Positions 38,122-47,012 are shown, numbered from the stretch's first letter. The stretch: 64,000 nt of DNA from a virus (IMGVR_UViG_3300046490_000096:1-64000); one strand, 5' to 3'. Numbers and translations are program-made. The notes: generated by a model from the sequence alone, not told the origin.

Positions 38122-38490
38122 CTATTTCTTCCTTTTCTTTGCAGTCAGTGGCGCCCGCTGGAGCACCTTGATTCTTTGAATCCACTTCAGCGGGATAGCT
38201 TCCTGGGCATTCGACGAGTGTTCGTTGGATAGCCCAGTGGCGAGAGTGAGATGGTCTCTCTTTCGGTGAAGCAGGAATCCGACCGATGTGCACTTGACCA
38301 GCCCACAATCATCACTGATGTCTTTCCATCCGTGCGAGCCGGCCGCGTCGGTCCAGTCCACCTGCACAATCGAACTACGACGGATGTCTTTCTCGTGCGC
38401 GCCTGCCCGCGGCCACAGGAATCTCACCTCCTGGCGCTTCTGTCTCGCCGTCCGCAGCTTTCGTTCCACCCTGAGCCCTTGTCGTTTCAT
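38122..38490 (-). CDS. Conserved phage hypothetical protein (WxDA..GW..C.SVG family)
   Basis: VDWTDAAGSHGW..CTSVGFLL..IPLKWI pattern common in phages. Confidence 0.6.
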   Translation of the reverse strand: MKRQGLRVERKLRTARQKRQEVRFLWPRAGAHEKDIRRSSIVQVDWTDAAGSHGWKDISDDCGLVKCTSVGFLLHRKRDHLTLATGLSNEHSSNAQEAIPLKWIQRIKVLQRAPLTAKKRKK

Positions 38491-38507
38491 GAAACGTGGC
38501 TTTCGTC

Positions 38508-39020
38508 TCACTTGAGTGGGATGGCAGTCTTGAGCGGCACACCTTGCCCGCTCGTTGGATAGGGATTCGTCGCGTCCGGGTCCACCACTGGGCCTCGGTC
38601 GTGGAACTCGGGCAGGTTGCGCACCTCTGCCCCGTTGGGATTCGGCCGGCCTTTCGTGGCGTCGTAGCCTTGCTCGGGCACCAGCGAGGGCACCTGGGCC
38701 AAGAGGTCGCCGTAGGGGTCGCGTCCGTCCGGCTTCATGAGCACGCACGTCTCAACTTCGGGGCCCGGATTCGGCGGGCGCATGTGGTTCGTCGGCAAGA
38801 ACGATACGCTCGGATGCGGCTGTATCGGCGGAGGCAATGCCTGCTGTGGAATCGGGATGCACGCCAGGCCCACGCCGGGAATCTGCGCCCACATGAACCC
38901 GGGCGGGGGCGGGGCGAGCTGCGGCTGCACGAAGGCGGGAGGCGCAACGGCGGCCGGCGGGTTTGAAGACACGTGTCCGGCGCGACCGCGGGCCCAGTTT
39001 GCAACGTCGTTTGGGTTCAT
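38508..39020 (-). CDS. Proline-rich hypothetical protein
   Basis: 170 aa; ATGA overlap with the upstream gene. Confidence 0.6.
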   Translation of the reverse strand: MNPNDVANWARGRAGHVSSNPPAAVAPPAFVQPQLAPPPPGFMWAQIPGVGLACIPIPQQALPPPIQPHPSVSFLPTNHMRPPNPGPEVETCVLMKPDGRDPYGDLLAQVPSLVPEQGYDATKGRPNPNGAEVRNLPEFHDRGPVVDPDATNPYPTSGQGVPLKTAIPLK

Positions 39021-39412
39021 TGAATCCCTCCGAATTCAGCGGCCACTCTCGGCCAGTTTGGTTCCTCGTTCTTGTCGTCCACAAATGCGTCCGCTTCCGG
39101 TTTCCCCGGATGCTGCCAGACCTCGTCGAACATCTCCCACAGCCCGAGCGCCCGCAGAAAATACCGCATCTCGGCGAAGCGCTCCCACTGGTCTGTAATG
39201 CGCGGTGACACTTCCCCGGTCTGATACCAACGCGCCGCTTCCTCTTCCAGTTGCGGCGCTGGGTCTAAAGGCGTGCACCTGCAGGAGTGAAGCACGAGGT
39301 GATGCCCGGCCCTTTTGAGCGCTGCAAGGGCCTCAGCAGCGCCAAGGCGAAGCGCAAGGGGCCTACCGTGGGCCAGTGACCCATCGAAATCGAAGGCCAG
39401 TCGTAGGCTCAA
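39017..39412 (-). CDS. HAD-superfamily hydrolase
   Basis: LAFDFDGSL (DxD), VLHSCR, KPEADAFVDDK. Confidence 0.8.
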   Translation of the reverse strand: MSLRLAFDFDGSLAHGRPLALRLGAAEALAALKRAGHHLVLHSCRCTPLDPAPQLEEEAARWYQTGEVSPRITDQWERFAEMRYFLRALGLWEMFDEVWQHPGKPEADAFVDDKNEEPNWPRVAAEFGGIQ

Positions 39413-41118
39413 GGCTTGCCCCCATTGCCAGCTTGCGGCGTGGCAGGCTCTTTAGGCTTTGGCGCAACGGGTTGACCGGGTAGCTTTGGCTTGCCGGGTA
39501 GCTCGCCGTAACCCATCATGTCAAGCTCGTCTTTCTTCTGGGCGCGGATGGTTTCCAGAAGCTTCTTGGTGTCCTTGATTCCGAACAGTTGAGCGCCCCG
39601 GTTGACGGCGGTCTCCTCGTCGATGATGCCGCCTTCCTTCGCGGTGACGATGTTCGTGATTTCGATCTGGCGGTCGGTCTCGGTCGGGGCGAAGTACGGG
39701 CCCCATGTGATCTTGATGTGCCCGCCCGGTCCCAGCTTGCGAGGCGTGCCGTCGGGACGAGGCGGAAGGTTGAGCTGGAAGACCGCGTCCACCTCTTTGC
39801 CCTTCTCGTTCAGGGCCTTGGTGGGCTTGCCGTCGAAGGCGCGAGCCATGAAGTCGATCAGCTCCAGAAGTCCGACCACGAGAATGTCCCCGTACTGCGC
39901 TCGCAAGTCGTCGGCAGCTTCGAGCATCGGAGCGTACAGGAACTCCATCGCCTTCGCCGACTGCGCGGCGCCTGACATCTGCTCCGGGTCCAGCATCACG
40001 CAGCGAACGACCTTGAGAGCTTGTGCGATCTTCTTGTCCGCGTACACGCTGGCCGCCTGGATTCCGGCCGCGCTGATTTCCATGTAGTGCGCGTCGCCCG
40101 TGGCCCCGACGTAGAGCGCATTCTCGGAGCCCTTGCGCACGCTTCCGCCCATCTGCGCGACCTCTTTCGGGTCGGTGCGAATGACGGTGGTGGGGTCGCT
40201 GTTGCAGAGCAGGCCCTTGTTCGCCTGGGAATCCAGCCGGTCCACGGTATCGAAGATTTGCCAGACCCCGTGGCAGTCAGGGTCGCCGTCTTCGCTGTCG
40301 AGCACCTCGGAATTCTGGCACCAGATGCCAGGGAACCGCCCGAGCCCATGCACCCCCTGGGATTCAACTTCCCACTTCATGTCCACGTTGGGGCTGATTT
40401 TCACCGGCTTGAACACGGTATCGTCGTCTTCGGTGATGATCCGCCGGTAGAGGTACTCGACCACACGCGTGCCCCGCTGGTTGCCCTTGTCGTCGATCTC
40501 GACCTCTTCCACCGGGTAGCGGTACAGCTTCAGAACCGCGAGCGGAGTCTGGGTCCGCTTGTCCTTCCAGAGCACCTGGCAGTGCTTGGTGTTGTGCACC
40601 TCAAGCGAAAACTTGCCATCCCGCAGGTGACACGTCACCAGCACGGTCCCCGTCCCGCCGCCCATGTTCCGGGCCGCGGTCATCTTAGAAAAGAAGCGCA
40701 TCTGCTGCATGCATGCCTGCAGGTAGTCCTGCGTGTCCTCGTCGCCCTCGACCTCGACCACCGGCCGGCGAGCCTGGGAGAACAGCAGTCCCGTGAAGCG
40801 CTTGTTGATGGCCATGCCGAGATTGAAGGGCGCCGTCGGCCGCTTCATGCGCACGGACATGTTGATCGCCGGCTGCTCGAATCCCGCAGGAACCTGGACC
40901 GATGGGCTGATGGTCTCCATCTGGTCGGCGGTCATCCCCCACCAATCTTGCTTCAAATGAAGATAATGGGTGGTTCGCCAGACGGCCTCGTACCTGTCGA
41001 GCCGGCGGAAGCGCTCAGTCTCTCCGGTGATCGCGTTGGTGTAGAACCACTGCTTGACTTCCTCGCTGCGAGGAATCTGCATCTGCGGAGCGGGTCCGCC
41101 CGTGAGGGTGTCAGCCAT
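39409..41118 (-). CDS. Portal protein
   Basis: 569 aa, first large gene of the head module, upstream of head morphogenesis; AQSAKAMEFLYAPML and ITWGPYF motifs. Confidence 0.8.
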   Translation of the reverse strand: MADTLTGGPAPQMQIPRSEEVKQWFYTNAITGETERFRRLDRYEAVWRTTHYLHLKQDWWGMTADQMETISPSVQVPAGFEQPAINMSVRMKRPTAPFNLGMAINKRFTGLLFSQARRPVVEVEGDEDTQDYLQACMQQMRFFSKMTAARNMGGGTGTVLVTCHLRDGKFSLEVHNTKHCQVLWKDKRTQTPLAVLKLYRYPVEEVEIDDKGNQRGTRVVEYLYRRIITEDDDTVFKPVKISPNVDMKWEVESQGVHGLGRFPGIWCQNSEVLDSEDGDPDCHGVWQIFDTVDRLDSQANKGLLCNSDPTTVIRTDPKEVAQMGGSVRKGSENALYVGATGDAHYMEISAAGIQAASVYADKKIAQALKVVRCVMLDPEQMSGAAQSAKAMEFLYAPMLEAADDLRAQYGDILVVGLLELIDFMARAFDGKPTKALNEKGKEVDAVFQLNLPPRPDGTPRKLGPGGHIKITWGPYFAPTETDRQIEITNIVTAKEGGIIDEETAVNRGAQLFGIKDTKKLLETIRAQKKDELDMMGYGELPGKPKLPGQPVAPKPKEPATPQAGNGGKP

Positions 41119-41284
41119 CCCGCGATCCTATCACTGCCTTGCCGAGCGCCCTAGCCCAGAGGCGATCCCACCAGGTCATCGGCTGCAGCTCGGTGACCGG
41201 GGGAGAATAGGCGCCGCCGTCTGTGGTGGTGATCGGTTCGCTGGGGACGGTGGTGGGAAAGACCACCTGGGGGCGAAGCTTCAC
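41111..41284 (-). CDS. Small hypothetical protein
   Basis: GTGA overlap start; MKLRPQVVF..WWDRLWARALG. Confidence 0.4.
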   Translation of the reverse strand: MKLRPQVVFPTTVPSEPITTTDGGAYSPPVTELQPMTWWDRLWARALGKAVIGSRDG

Positions 41285-41694
41285 CGGGGGACTTGGGAAG
41301 CCGCCCTTGTCCTCGCCTCCCGCTCCGCCACGATCTTCTCCGCGTTGATCTGTTTTTCCATCCATCGCCAAAGCTCCTCTGGTCCCGAGAACCACGAACA
41401 AATGTCGTCTTCCGTCATCGCCAGCCGCAGGTCTCCCCGCCGGTAGCGCCACTCCCCCTGCGACTTGGGCAGGCCGTCCGCCCAGGGGGGCAAGTGCTCT
41501 TTCGGCAGGAACACAAATCCCAGCTTCTCCAGGCACTGCTTGTAGTCCTCGATTTTCCGCCCGTGCCGGCAGTCGTCCACGTGCTCTAGGTGCAGGCGCG
41601 GGTCGAAGGCCGGGGTTTCGTTCGGGGCCGGCTCCCCGTCTGCGATGCGCTGGAGGGTGGAGTCGAATTCCTTGTCTTCGGCCTCGGTGCTCAT
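41281..41694 (-). CDS. Hypothetical protein
   Basis: 137 aa; overlapping start and stop with neighbours. Confidence 0.55.
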   Translation of the reverse strand: MSTEAEDKEFDSTLQRIADGEPAPNETPAFDPRLHLEHVDDCRHGRKIEDYKQCLEKLGFVFLPKEHLPPWADGLPKSQGEWRYRRGDLRLAMTEDDICSWFSGPEELWRWMEKQINAEKIVAEREARTRAASQVPR

Positions 41695-41831
41695 GGCTTC
41701 GGACCGATGGGCTCCTTGCGCTCCGCTACCTCGTGGGCCGGCTGCGCCTCGTCGCCTTCATCTTCCTTGCCCCTCTTGGGCGGGTTGACCTTCTCGGCTT
41801 CGTCGCTCCACTGCTGTTCGTTGGTTGGCAT
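41691..41831 (-). CDS. Small acidic hypothetical protein (46 aa)
   Basis: Manual translation MPTNEQQWSDEAEK..IGPKP; TGATG and ATGA coupling on the two sides. Confidence 0.45.
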   Translation of the reverse strand: MPTNEQQWSDEAEKVNPPKRGKEDEGDEAQPAHEVAERKEPIGPKP

Positions 41832-42115
41832 CAGATTTTGCTCCTGTCGATGGGCGTGCCTTCGAGGCTACGCTGTCGCGCCAGCACCTCGGGCCCGGTG
41901 AGAACGCCCGGCTGCGCGGAGTACAACACGCTGTAGCCCTCGGCCGCAACCTTGGCCACCTCGTCGCACATGATGGCTTGCAACGGCCCGGTCGATACCA
42001 CGGGGACGCGGCGGAAGTCCTCGGGGGCTGCGCTCAGTTCGGTCTTGCCGTTCTTCAGCAGCACGACTTCGAGGTTTTCGGTCTGGGGCTTGTCGTTGGT
42101 GATCAGGTCTCTCAT
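41831..42115 (-). CDS. Hypothetical protein
   Basis: 94 aa, coupled to the XRE gene. Confidence 0.55.
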   Translation of the reverse strand: MRDLITNDKPQTENLEVVLLKNGKTELSAAPEDFRRVPVVSTGPLQAIMCDEVAKVAAEGYSVLYSAQPGVLTGPEVLARQRSLEGTPIDRSKI

Positions 42116-42315
42116 GGCTTCTCCTCAGTGGATTGTATCAGGCGCTGGCGAATGATGCCGTCGAGCGCGTCGTCAAGGGCCTCGGCCGTCGCCGGGTGCG
42201 GGTGAACCTTCCCCTCTTCGATTCGGTACAGCTCTCGCCGGGAAAGTCCGCACGCATCGGCCAGCTCGCTCGGCTTGATGCCGAGAACCCGCCGAAGCCT
42301 GCCGAGCGCTCTCAT
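42112..42315 (-). CDS. XRE-family helix-turn-helix regulator
   Basis: LRRVLGIKPSELADACGLSRRELYRIEEGKVHP; probable leaderless start at 42315. Confidence 0.85.
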   Translation of the reverse strand: MRALGRLRRVLGIKPSELADACGLSRRELYRIEEGKVHPHPATAEALDDALDGIIRQRLIQSTEEKP

Positions 42316-42352
42316 TTGTCCCATAATGGACATGTAGACTTCTTGGTGTCAA
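42309..42352 (-). promoter_or_regulatory. Sigma70-like promoter for the XRE gene with overlapping near-palindrome
   Basis: TTGACA-18 bp-CATTAT-7 nt-ATG; GTCCATTATGGGAC is a near-palindrome over the -10. Confidence 0.5.
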
Positions 42353-42416
42353 TGCCTGATAGAGTGGAACAGCAAAGACGGTCCCGGTCTTCAGGGACAG
42401 ACACAAGGAGATTTCG

Positions 42417-42647
42417 ATGGCAAAGAAAATGAGTAAGGCAGCGGCCAAGGCGCGGACCGAAACGCGCAAGGTCTACGACAAGAACCTCGCGACCAAGGTC
42501 GGCGTTCGCGGCGGCGCCGCTGGTGCGACCAATGCCTCGGGCAAGACCGAGCGCGCGGTGGCCCGTGACTACCGCAAGGCGACCGGCGCTGGCCTGACTG
42601 GCGCCGAGCGTTCCTCCGCCGCGATGTCCTCGGGCAAGAGCGGCTAA
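42417..42647 (+). CDS. Small basic K/R/A/G-rich peptide
   Basis: 76 aa, low complexity, first gene of the PAPS-reductase/ParB operon; GGAG RBS. Confidence 0.75.
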   Translation: MAKKMSKAAAKARTETRKVYDKNLATKVGVRGGAAGATNASGKTERAVARDYRKATGAGLTGAERSSAAMSSGKSG

Positions 42648-42649
42648 CC

Positions 42650-43399
42650 ATGTCCGTCCTTGCCACGGCACTGGCCCGCGTAAAACGCGCCCGCGAAATC
42701 TGCGGCGATGCGGTTCTCGTGTCTCTGTCGGGCAAGGACTCCATGGTTTCTCTCGACCTTTGCTGCCAGGTCTTCTCTCGGGTCGAGGCTTATCACATGT
42801 ACTTCGTTCGGGGGCTCCGTTGCGTCGAGGACCATGTCGATGCGGCAGCAAGACGCCACGGTGTCCCCGTCCACTACGTTCCCCACTGGGACCTGGCCCG
42901 TCACATGAAGTACGGAATCCTCCGCAATCCCGTCAACGGTGCCGAGAAAATCCGCATCATGGCCCAGCGGGATGTCGACCGAGCGATGACCAAGAAGACG
43001 GGCATCTACCTGTTCGCTACCGGCGAGCGAGCCTCCGACTCCTTCATTCGCCGCTTCTACACGCGCGAGAATGACGGCCTCCGAATCCGGGAGCACCGAA
43101 GCAAGGTCTACCCGATTTGGGACTGGCGCGATGCCGATGTCTACGCCTACATGAAGGCCAAAAAGATTCCCAGCCCGCCCAAGTTCGGCGTCGAGGGCAG
43201 GAAGACGAGCGGCATCTGTCTCGCCCCGTACACCTGCCGATGGCTCCACGACAAGCACCCCAAGGATTGGGCAAAGGTGCTCGAAGTTTTTCCGTTTGCG
43301 ATTGTCCAACTCACAGCCCCGGAGGGCGTCGATGCCAGTTACCAAGCACCAGAAGTTCCAGATGAAGAAGGTCAACCGCTCGGACATCTCGGGGAGTAA
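42650..43399 (+). CDS. PAPS-reductase-family (PP-loop) protein
   Basis: VLVSLSGKDS, TGERASDSFIRR, VYPIWDWRDADVYAY. Confidence 0.9.
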   Translation: MSVLATALARVKRAREICGDAVLVSLSGKDSMVSLDLCCQVFSRVEAYHMYFVRGLRCVEDHVDAAARRHGVPVHYVPHWDLARHMKYGILRNPVNGAEKIRIMAQRDVDRAMTKKTGIYLFATGERASDSFIRRFYTRENDGLRIREHRSKVYPIWDWRDADVYAYMKAKKIPSPPKFGVEGRKTSGICLAPYTCRWLHDKHPKDWAKVLEVFPFAIVQLTAPEGVDASYQAPEVPDEEGQPLGHLGE

Positions 43400-44099
43400 G
43401 TGGAATCCCAGGACGATCAGCGACGGCGCAAAGAAGAAGCTCCAAGCCAACCTCAAGCGCATTGGCCTCCTCGCTCCGATCACGGTGAACGAGAAGACGA
43501 TGGAGCTGGTCGGCGGACACCAGCGTCTGGCCTGCATTGACGCTCTCGAAGGCTCCCCCGATTATCAGTTGGACGTGGCCATGGTGAAGCTCACCGACAA
43601 GCAGGCGAAGGAAGCCGCCATCTTCCTGAACAACCTCGATGCTACCGGCGAGTGGGACCTTCCAATGCTCGCGGCCATTCTCCCAGAACTCGACCTCGAA
43701 CACACCGGCTTTGAGCCCATCTCGCTCGACATCATCTTCGCCGATACAGAATTCTCCTCGATGTTCAGCGAGAAGGCCCAAGCCCCTGCAGCACAGGAGA
43801 CCTTCGGAGAGCTCGCGGCCATGTCCGCCATGCGCGACCAGCCCGAAGACGTTCCGGGGGCGGGTCCGACCTCGGGCGGCGACGAGGAGCAGGTCAAGCG
43901 CACGGCGTCCGCTCAAGCGGTGGCCGAGATGCGCAAGACCAGCAAGGGCATGACCGTGGCCGAAGACACAGAGCGCTACTCGATCATCATCTTCAATTCC
44001 AGAAAAGAGCGCGAGCTGTTCAACGAGCGCATAGGCGTGGATAAACCCACGCGCTACGTGCCGTTTGCGCTGCTGGAGCCGAGCCTCAAGACGGGCTAG
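43332..44099 (+). CDS. ParB/Srx N-terminal domain protein
   Basis: WNPRTIS..GLLAPITVN..LVGGHQRL..FLNN..GEWD; start at 43332 after GGAGGG. Confidence 0.9.
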   Translation: MPVTKHQKFQMKKVNRSDISGSKWNPRTISDGAKKKLQANLKRIGLLAPITVNEKTMELVGGHQRLACIDALEGSPDYQLDVAMVKLTDKQAKEAAIFLNNLDATGEWDLPMLAAILPELDLEHTGFEPISLDIIFADTEFSSMFSEKAQAPAAQETFGELAAMSAMRDQPEDVPGAGPTSGGDEEQVKRTASAQAVAEMRKTSKGMTVAEDTERYSIIIFNSRKERELFNERIGVDKPTRYVPFALLEPSLKTG

Positions 44100-44437
44100 C
44101 CCGTCCTGAAGGCGGGGCACCCCTGAAGGCAGTGACATTTATTGGGGTGTTCTTCGTGGCGAGCAGTCAGGTCTAGGCCGCAAGCGAAGCATAGATAGTG
44201 ACTAATCTTCTTGTCCTCGAAGAAGGCATCGTACTCGTCATCGCCCTGTGCTTCGTTGCAGTTGTTAAGCTCGCTGTCGACGTGGCATGGAGCCACATAC
44301 CACACATAGCCGTGCTCTGTGATGCCGCCGGGGCCAGTGAAATCGGCGCCGCATGCCGGGTTCGGACATTGGTCGGGAATTTCAAACGTGGATTCCTCGG
44401 TGGCGACGACTCGCGAAACTTGAATCTTAATGGGCAT
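44096..44437 (-). CDS. Cys-rich hypothetical protein
   Basis: CPNPAC, CFAC and CHC motifs; GGAGG RBS. Confidence 0.55.
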   Translation of the reverse strand: MPIKIQVSRVVATEESTFEIPDQCPNPACGADFTGPGGITEHGYVWYVAPCHVDSELNNCNEAQGDDEYDAFFEDKKISHYLCFACGLDLTARHEEHPNKCHCLQGCPAFRTG

Positions 44438-44459
44438 GGTGTCCTCCGTGGTGGTTGAG

Positions 44460-44858
44460 CTACGTCTCCTCAAAAGCGACCTTGAAAAGGCACCCCGGCC
44501 AGCCCCGGACCTTCACGGGCTTCTTGGCTGGCCGCGGGTCCTTCAGGTGCCAGTGGAAGCCGCCCGGGTTCAGCCCACCCCACCCCTTGCCATTGTCGGC
44601 CGGCGTGCAGTCTGTGATCTCGACGGTGCCGATGATCTCCCCGCGCGCAAGCTCCTCGGGCGGCGGTGGGTCCTTGCCGGTCAGCTTGCGAATGAGGTAG
44701 GCCGCGTCCTCGTACTCCTCGTCCGTGCACGCCTTGCCCGCATGAATCGCGATACGCCCGCGATACTTTGTTGACCAGTTGCGATTCTCGATGTCCTTGG
44801 TTGCGTGGATGATGGCCCAGGCCCATGGCTGGCGCACACTCAGGCATTTTTCGATCAT
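44460..44858 (-). CDS. ASCH-domain protein
   Basis: LSVRQPWAWAII..KDIENRNW..RGRIAIHAGK..GEIIGTVEITDC. Confidence 0.9.
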   Translation of the reverse strand: MIEKCLSVRQPWAWAIIHATKDIENRNWSTKYRGRIAIHAGKACTDEEYEDAAYLIRKLTGKDPPPPEELARGEIIGTVEITDCTPADNGKGWGGLNPGGFHWHLKDPRPAKKPVKVRGWPGCLFKVAFEET

Positions 44859-44970
44859 GATCTAGTTCCCCGTCGGCTGATAGTCCAAACGCTATCCGTC
44901 GCATGACCGTACTCTGCCAGGGTATCGAAGGAAACCCAGTCTCCCGCGAGTTTTGAGCGGACCGTGACGA

Positions 44971-45210
44971 TCATGACCGCACCTTGCCTTGTGCCGCGTC
45001 CGAGACGTAAAGCATGCGCTCCGCGTAGGTTGCCTTGCCGCCCGTGCTGGTTTCCGCTTCCCGCATCGCCGCGCCAGCGGTGGCCACCATGGTGCTGTAA
45101 TACGTGTGATCGTGCTGGCCCAAGCGGACAGTCACCTGATAGGAGTGTCGCGCGGGCGCATCCTTGCTGCAATCGCGAGACGGGGCGGACAGTGGGTATG
45201 AGAGAGACAT
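44971..45210 (-). CDS. Hypothetical protein
   Basis: 79 aa in the small-gene run. Confidence 0.45.
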   Translation of the reverse strand: MSLSYPLSAPSRDCSKDAPARHSYQVTVRLGQHDHTYYSTMVATAGAAMREAETSTGGKATYAERMLYVSDAAQGKVRS

Positions 45211-45212
45211 AG

Positions 45213-45566
45213 CTAGCGAGCCTCCATGCTGTTGAGTACGCCCGTCGCAACCACGCGATCCTTCATGGCGACCATGACTGAATTGTCTTTCAAGTCAGGG
45301 TAGCCAGTGCACACCTTGGCCTTTTCGCGGCAGTCACGCACGAATTGCCAGGCCAGCGTGTGAGACGTGAAAGCAAACTTCACGTTGTCAGGCTGGCATT
45401 CGCGCAAGGTGTCGGCTCGCAACCTAGATCCTGCATTCTTGGCTTGCTTCTTACAAAGCCGGAAAGCCTCGTCCAAGTCTTGGGCCTGGCACCATACCGT
45501 GGAGCCGTCGGCCAGCTTGCAGGAGTAGCCTTGATAACCTGGAGAGAAGCACTGTGTGTTTGACAT
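45213..45566 (-). CDS. Hypothetical protein (leaderless start)
   Basis: MSNTQCF start lies 6 nt after the -10 box of the class 1 promoter. Confidence 0.6.
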   Translation of the reverse strand: MSNTQCFSPGYQGYSCKLADGSTVWCQAQDLDEAFRLCKKQAKNAGSRLRADTLRECQPDNVKFAFTSHTLAWQFVRDCREKAKVCTGYPDLKDNSVMVAMKDRVVATGVLNSMEAR

Positions 45567-45570
45567 GATT

Positions 45571-45644
45571 TCAAGATACTGCCGGACCACTCCCCGGTCA
45601 ACAGTATTTTTGAAGTACCACAAAAGAAAAATGCAGCGGGTCAA
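45571..45644 (-). promoter_or_regulatory. Repeated promoter element class 1, copy A
   Basis: TTGACC-17-TATCTT; near-identical to 48769-48841; upstream second TTGAC; imperfect inverted repeat spans the promoter. Confidence 0.8.
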
Positions 45645-45711
45645 CTAACGGGATCCCTAGACTTGACTCGTCGCTCAACCTGTTTTGAGCGTTTTGATGC
45701 GCCGCTCTCGC

Positions 45712-45948
45712 CTATGTGCCTGGATTCGTTGCGTTTTGCAGTGCGGCGATAGTCACAACTTGTGACGATCGATTTTCCAGGAACAGGCCCAGCACATCGA
45801 GCCGGAAGTCCAGGTCGGAACGGGCGATGCGCGCCAGCTCTTCGCGCGTGAAGTCCGGCGCTCGAGGGCGGTGAACCTCGCGGCGCCTGGCCTGGCGGAG
45901 CTCGCGCAGGAAGCGGCGTTCTGTGCGGCGCTCGCCTCGGGTGGTCAT
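45712..45948 (-). CDS. Arg-rich hypothetical protein
   Basis: MTTRGERR start with ATGA overlap. Confidence 0.45.
   Translation of the reverse strand: MTTRGERRTERRFLRELRQARRREVHRPRAPDFTREELARIARSDLDFRLDVLGLFLENRSSQVVTIAALQNATNPGT
45747..45771. promoter_or_regulatory. Palindromic operator-like site, copy 3
   Basis: cgatagtcacaa-c-ttgtgacgatcg, arms matching at 11 of 12; about 100 bp upstream of class 1 promoter A. Confidence 0.6.
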
Positions 45949-46124
45949 GCGCGCACCGGAGGCAGTGATTTTCGGAGCCGTCGCATCAGTTCGTCCGCCA
46001 GTTCGTTCTCCTCTTCGGGTGTCCCTGCCAGAATTTTCAGCGAAGTCATCTTGCCCTGCGCCTCGTTCACCCGCACCTGATCGGCCAACGCGCGCAACAT
46101 GGCCTCGGTCTTGCCGGACCTCAC
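45945..46124 (-). CDS. Small hypothetical protein (59 aa)
   Basis: Manual translation MRSGKTEAMLRALADQ..; GTGA and ATGA coupling. Confidence 0.5.
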   Translation of the reverse strand: MRSGKTEAMLRALADQVRVNEAQGKMTSLKILAGTPEEENELADELMRRLRKSLPPVRA

Positions 46125-46324
46125 GGCTCATCTCCCACGTAGCACCGGCACTCGGTGAATTGTAGGCGACATCCGGTGCAGAGCGGGCCCTGGCGTTCGG
46201 CGAAGGCGTCAGCAATCGCCCTCCGCTCGCGTTCGTCCTGCGCCAGCTCTTCCTTGCGCCTCTCGGCCCGCATGTAGTCGGCTACCCTGTCGGCTAGGTC
46301 GCGGTCGCCTTCGTCGCGCTTCAC
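46121..46324 (-). CDS. Small protein with C-terminal CxxC..CxC
   Basis: 67 aa, coupled overlaps. Confidence 0.5.
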   Translation of the reverse strand: MKRDEGDRDLADRVADYMRAERRKEELAQDERERRAIADAFAERQGPLCTGCRLQFTECRCYVGDEP

Positions 46325-46692
46325 CGTTCACCTCCCGCCATGTCTACGCACCCCACGCGTTTCCCCTGGTCGTAGACCATCATGGCCGCCTCCCATAGGC
46401 ACCGGAAGCACAGGCACAGGGACTGTTCATCGTAGTCGTCGGCGCCGTCCGAAATTCTCACCACAGCTTCCGGGGTCTCGCCGCACTGAGAGCATGCCTC
46501 GACACGCGTCCCTGAGCGGTTGCCGATGACCCTGTCCACGTCGTCAGGGCTCGGGGTGGGCCCAAGCTCGGCCAGGGCTGCCCCTATGATCGCTTGCGGA
46601 AGCGGTCCTTCCGGATATTTCTTGCGCCAAGCTCCCGCCGCCCCATTGGCCAGCGACTGCCTGGTGATGCGTACCATCGACGGCGCGCTCAC
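46321..46692 (-). CDS. Zn-finger hypothetical protein
   Basis: CSQC..CLCFRC; GTG start at 46692. Confidence 0.55.
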   Translation of the reverse strand: MSAPSMVRITRQSLANGAAGAWRKKYPEGPLPQAIIGAALAELGPTPSPDDVDRVIGNRSGTRVEACSQCGETPEAVVRISDGADDYDEQSLCLCFRCLWEAAMMVYDQGKRVGCVDMAGGER

Positions 46693-46796
46693 TGTTCCAC
46701 CTTGGCCGGACGGTCCACGGGCCACAGGTCGGGCATCCGCTCGAATGCTCGTCCGCCGTCGCTCCAGTTCGTGAGTTGGTCGTACATGGTCAGCTC

Positions 46797-47012
46797 CTAG
46801 GGTTGCAGGGTCCAGGTGTCGAGTAGTTCGTTGATCCGATAGCTCGCCTCTGCCTCGCGCTGTTCGGTGGCAGCGTTGGCGATTCGAGTCGCCGCCAGGT
46901 GCGCGTCTTCCAAGGCTTCCGCCTCGTCGAAGCCGCGGAATTCCCCCGGCATGGGCTTCGCCGGCAAGGGAGGGCACAGGTACAGCAGGACGCAAAGCAA
47001 ATGGGCGGTCAT
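46797..47012 (-). CDS. Small hypothetical protein with hydrophobic N-terminus
   Basis: MTAHLLCVLLYLCPP; ATGA overlap. Confidence 0.45.
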   Translation of the reverse strand: MTAHLLCVLLYLCPPLPAKPMPGEFRGFDEAEALEDAHLAATRIANAATEQREAEASYRINELLDTWTLQP

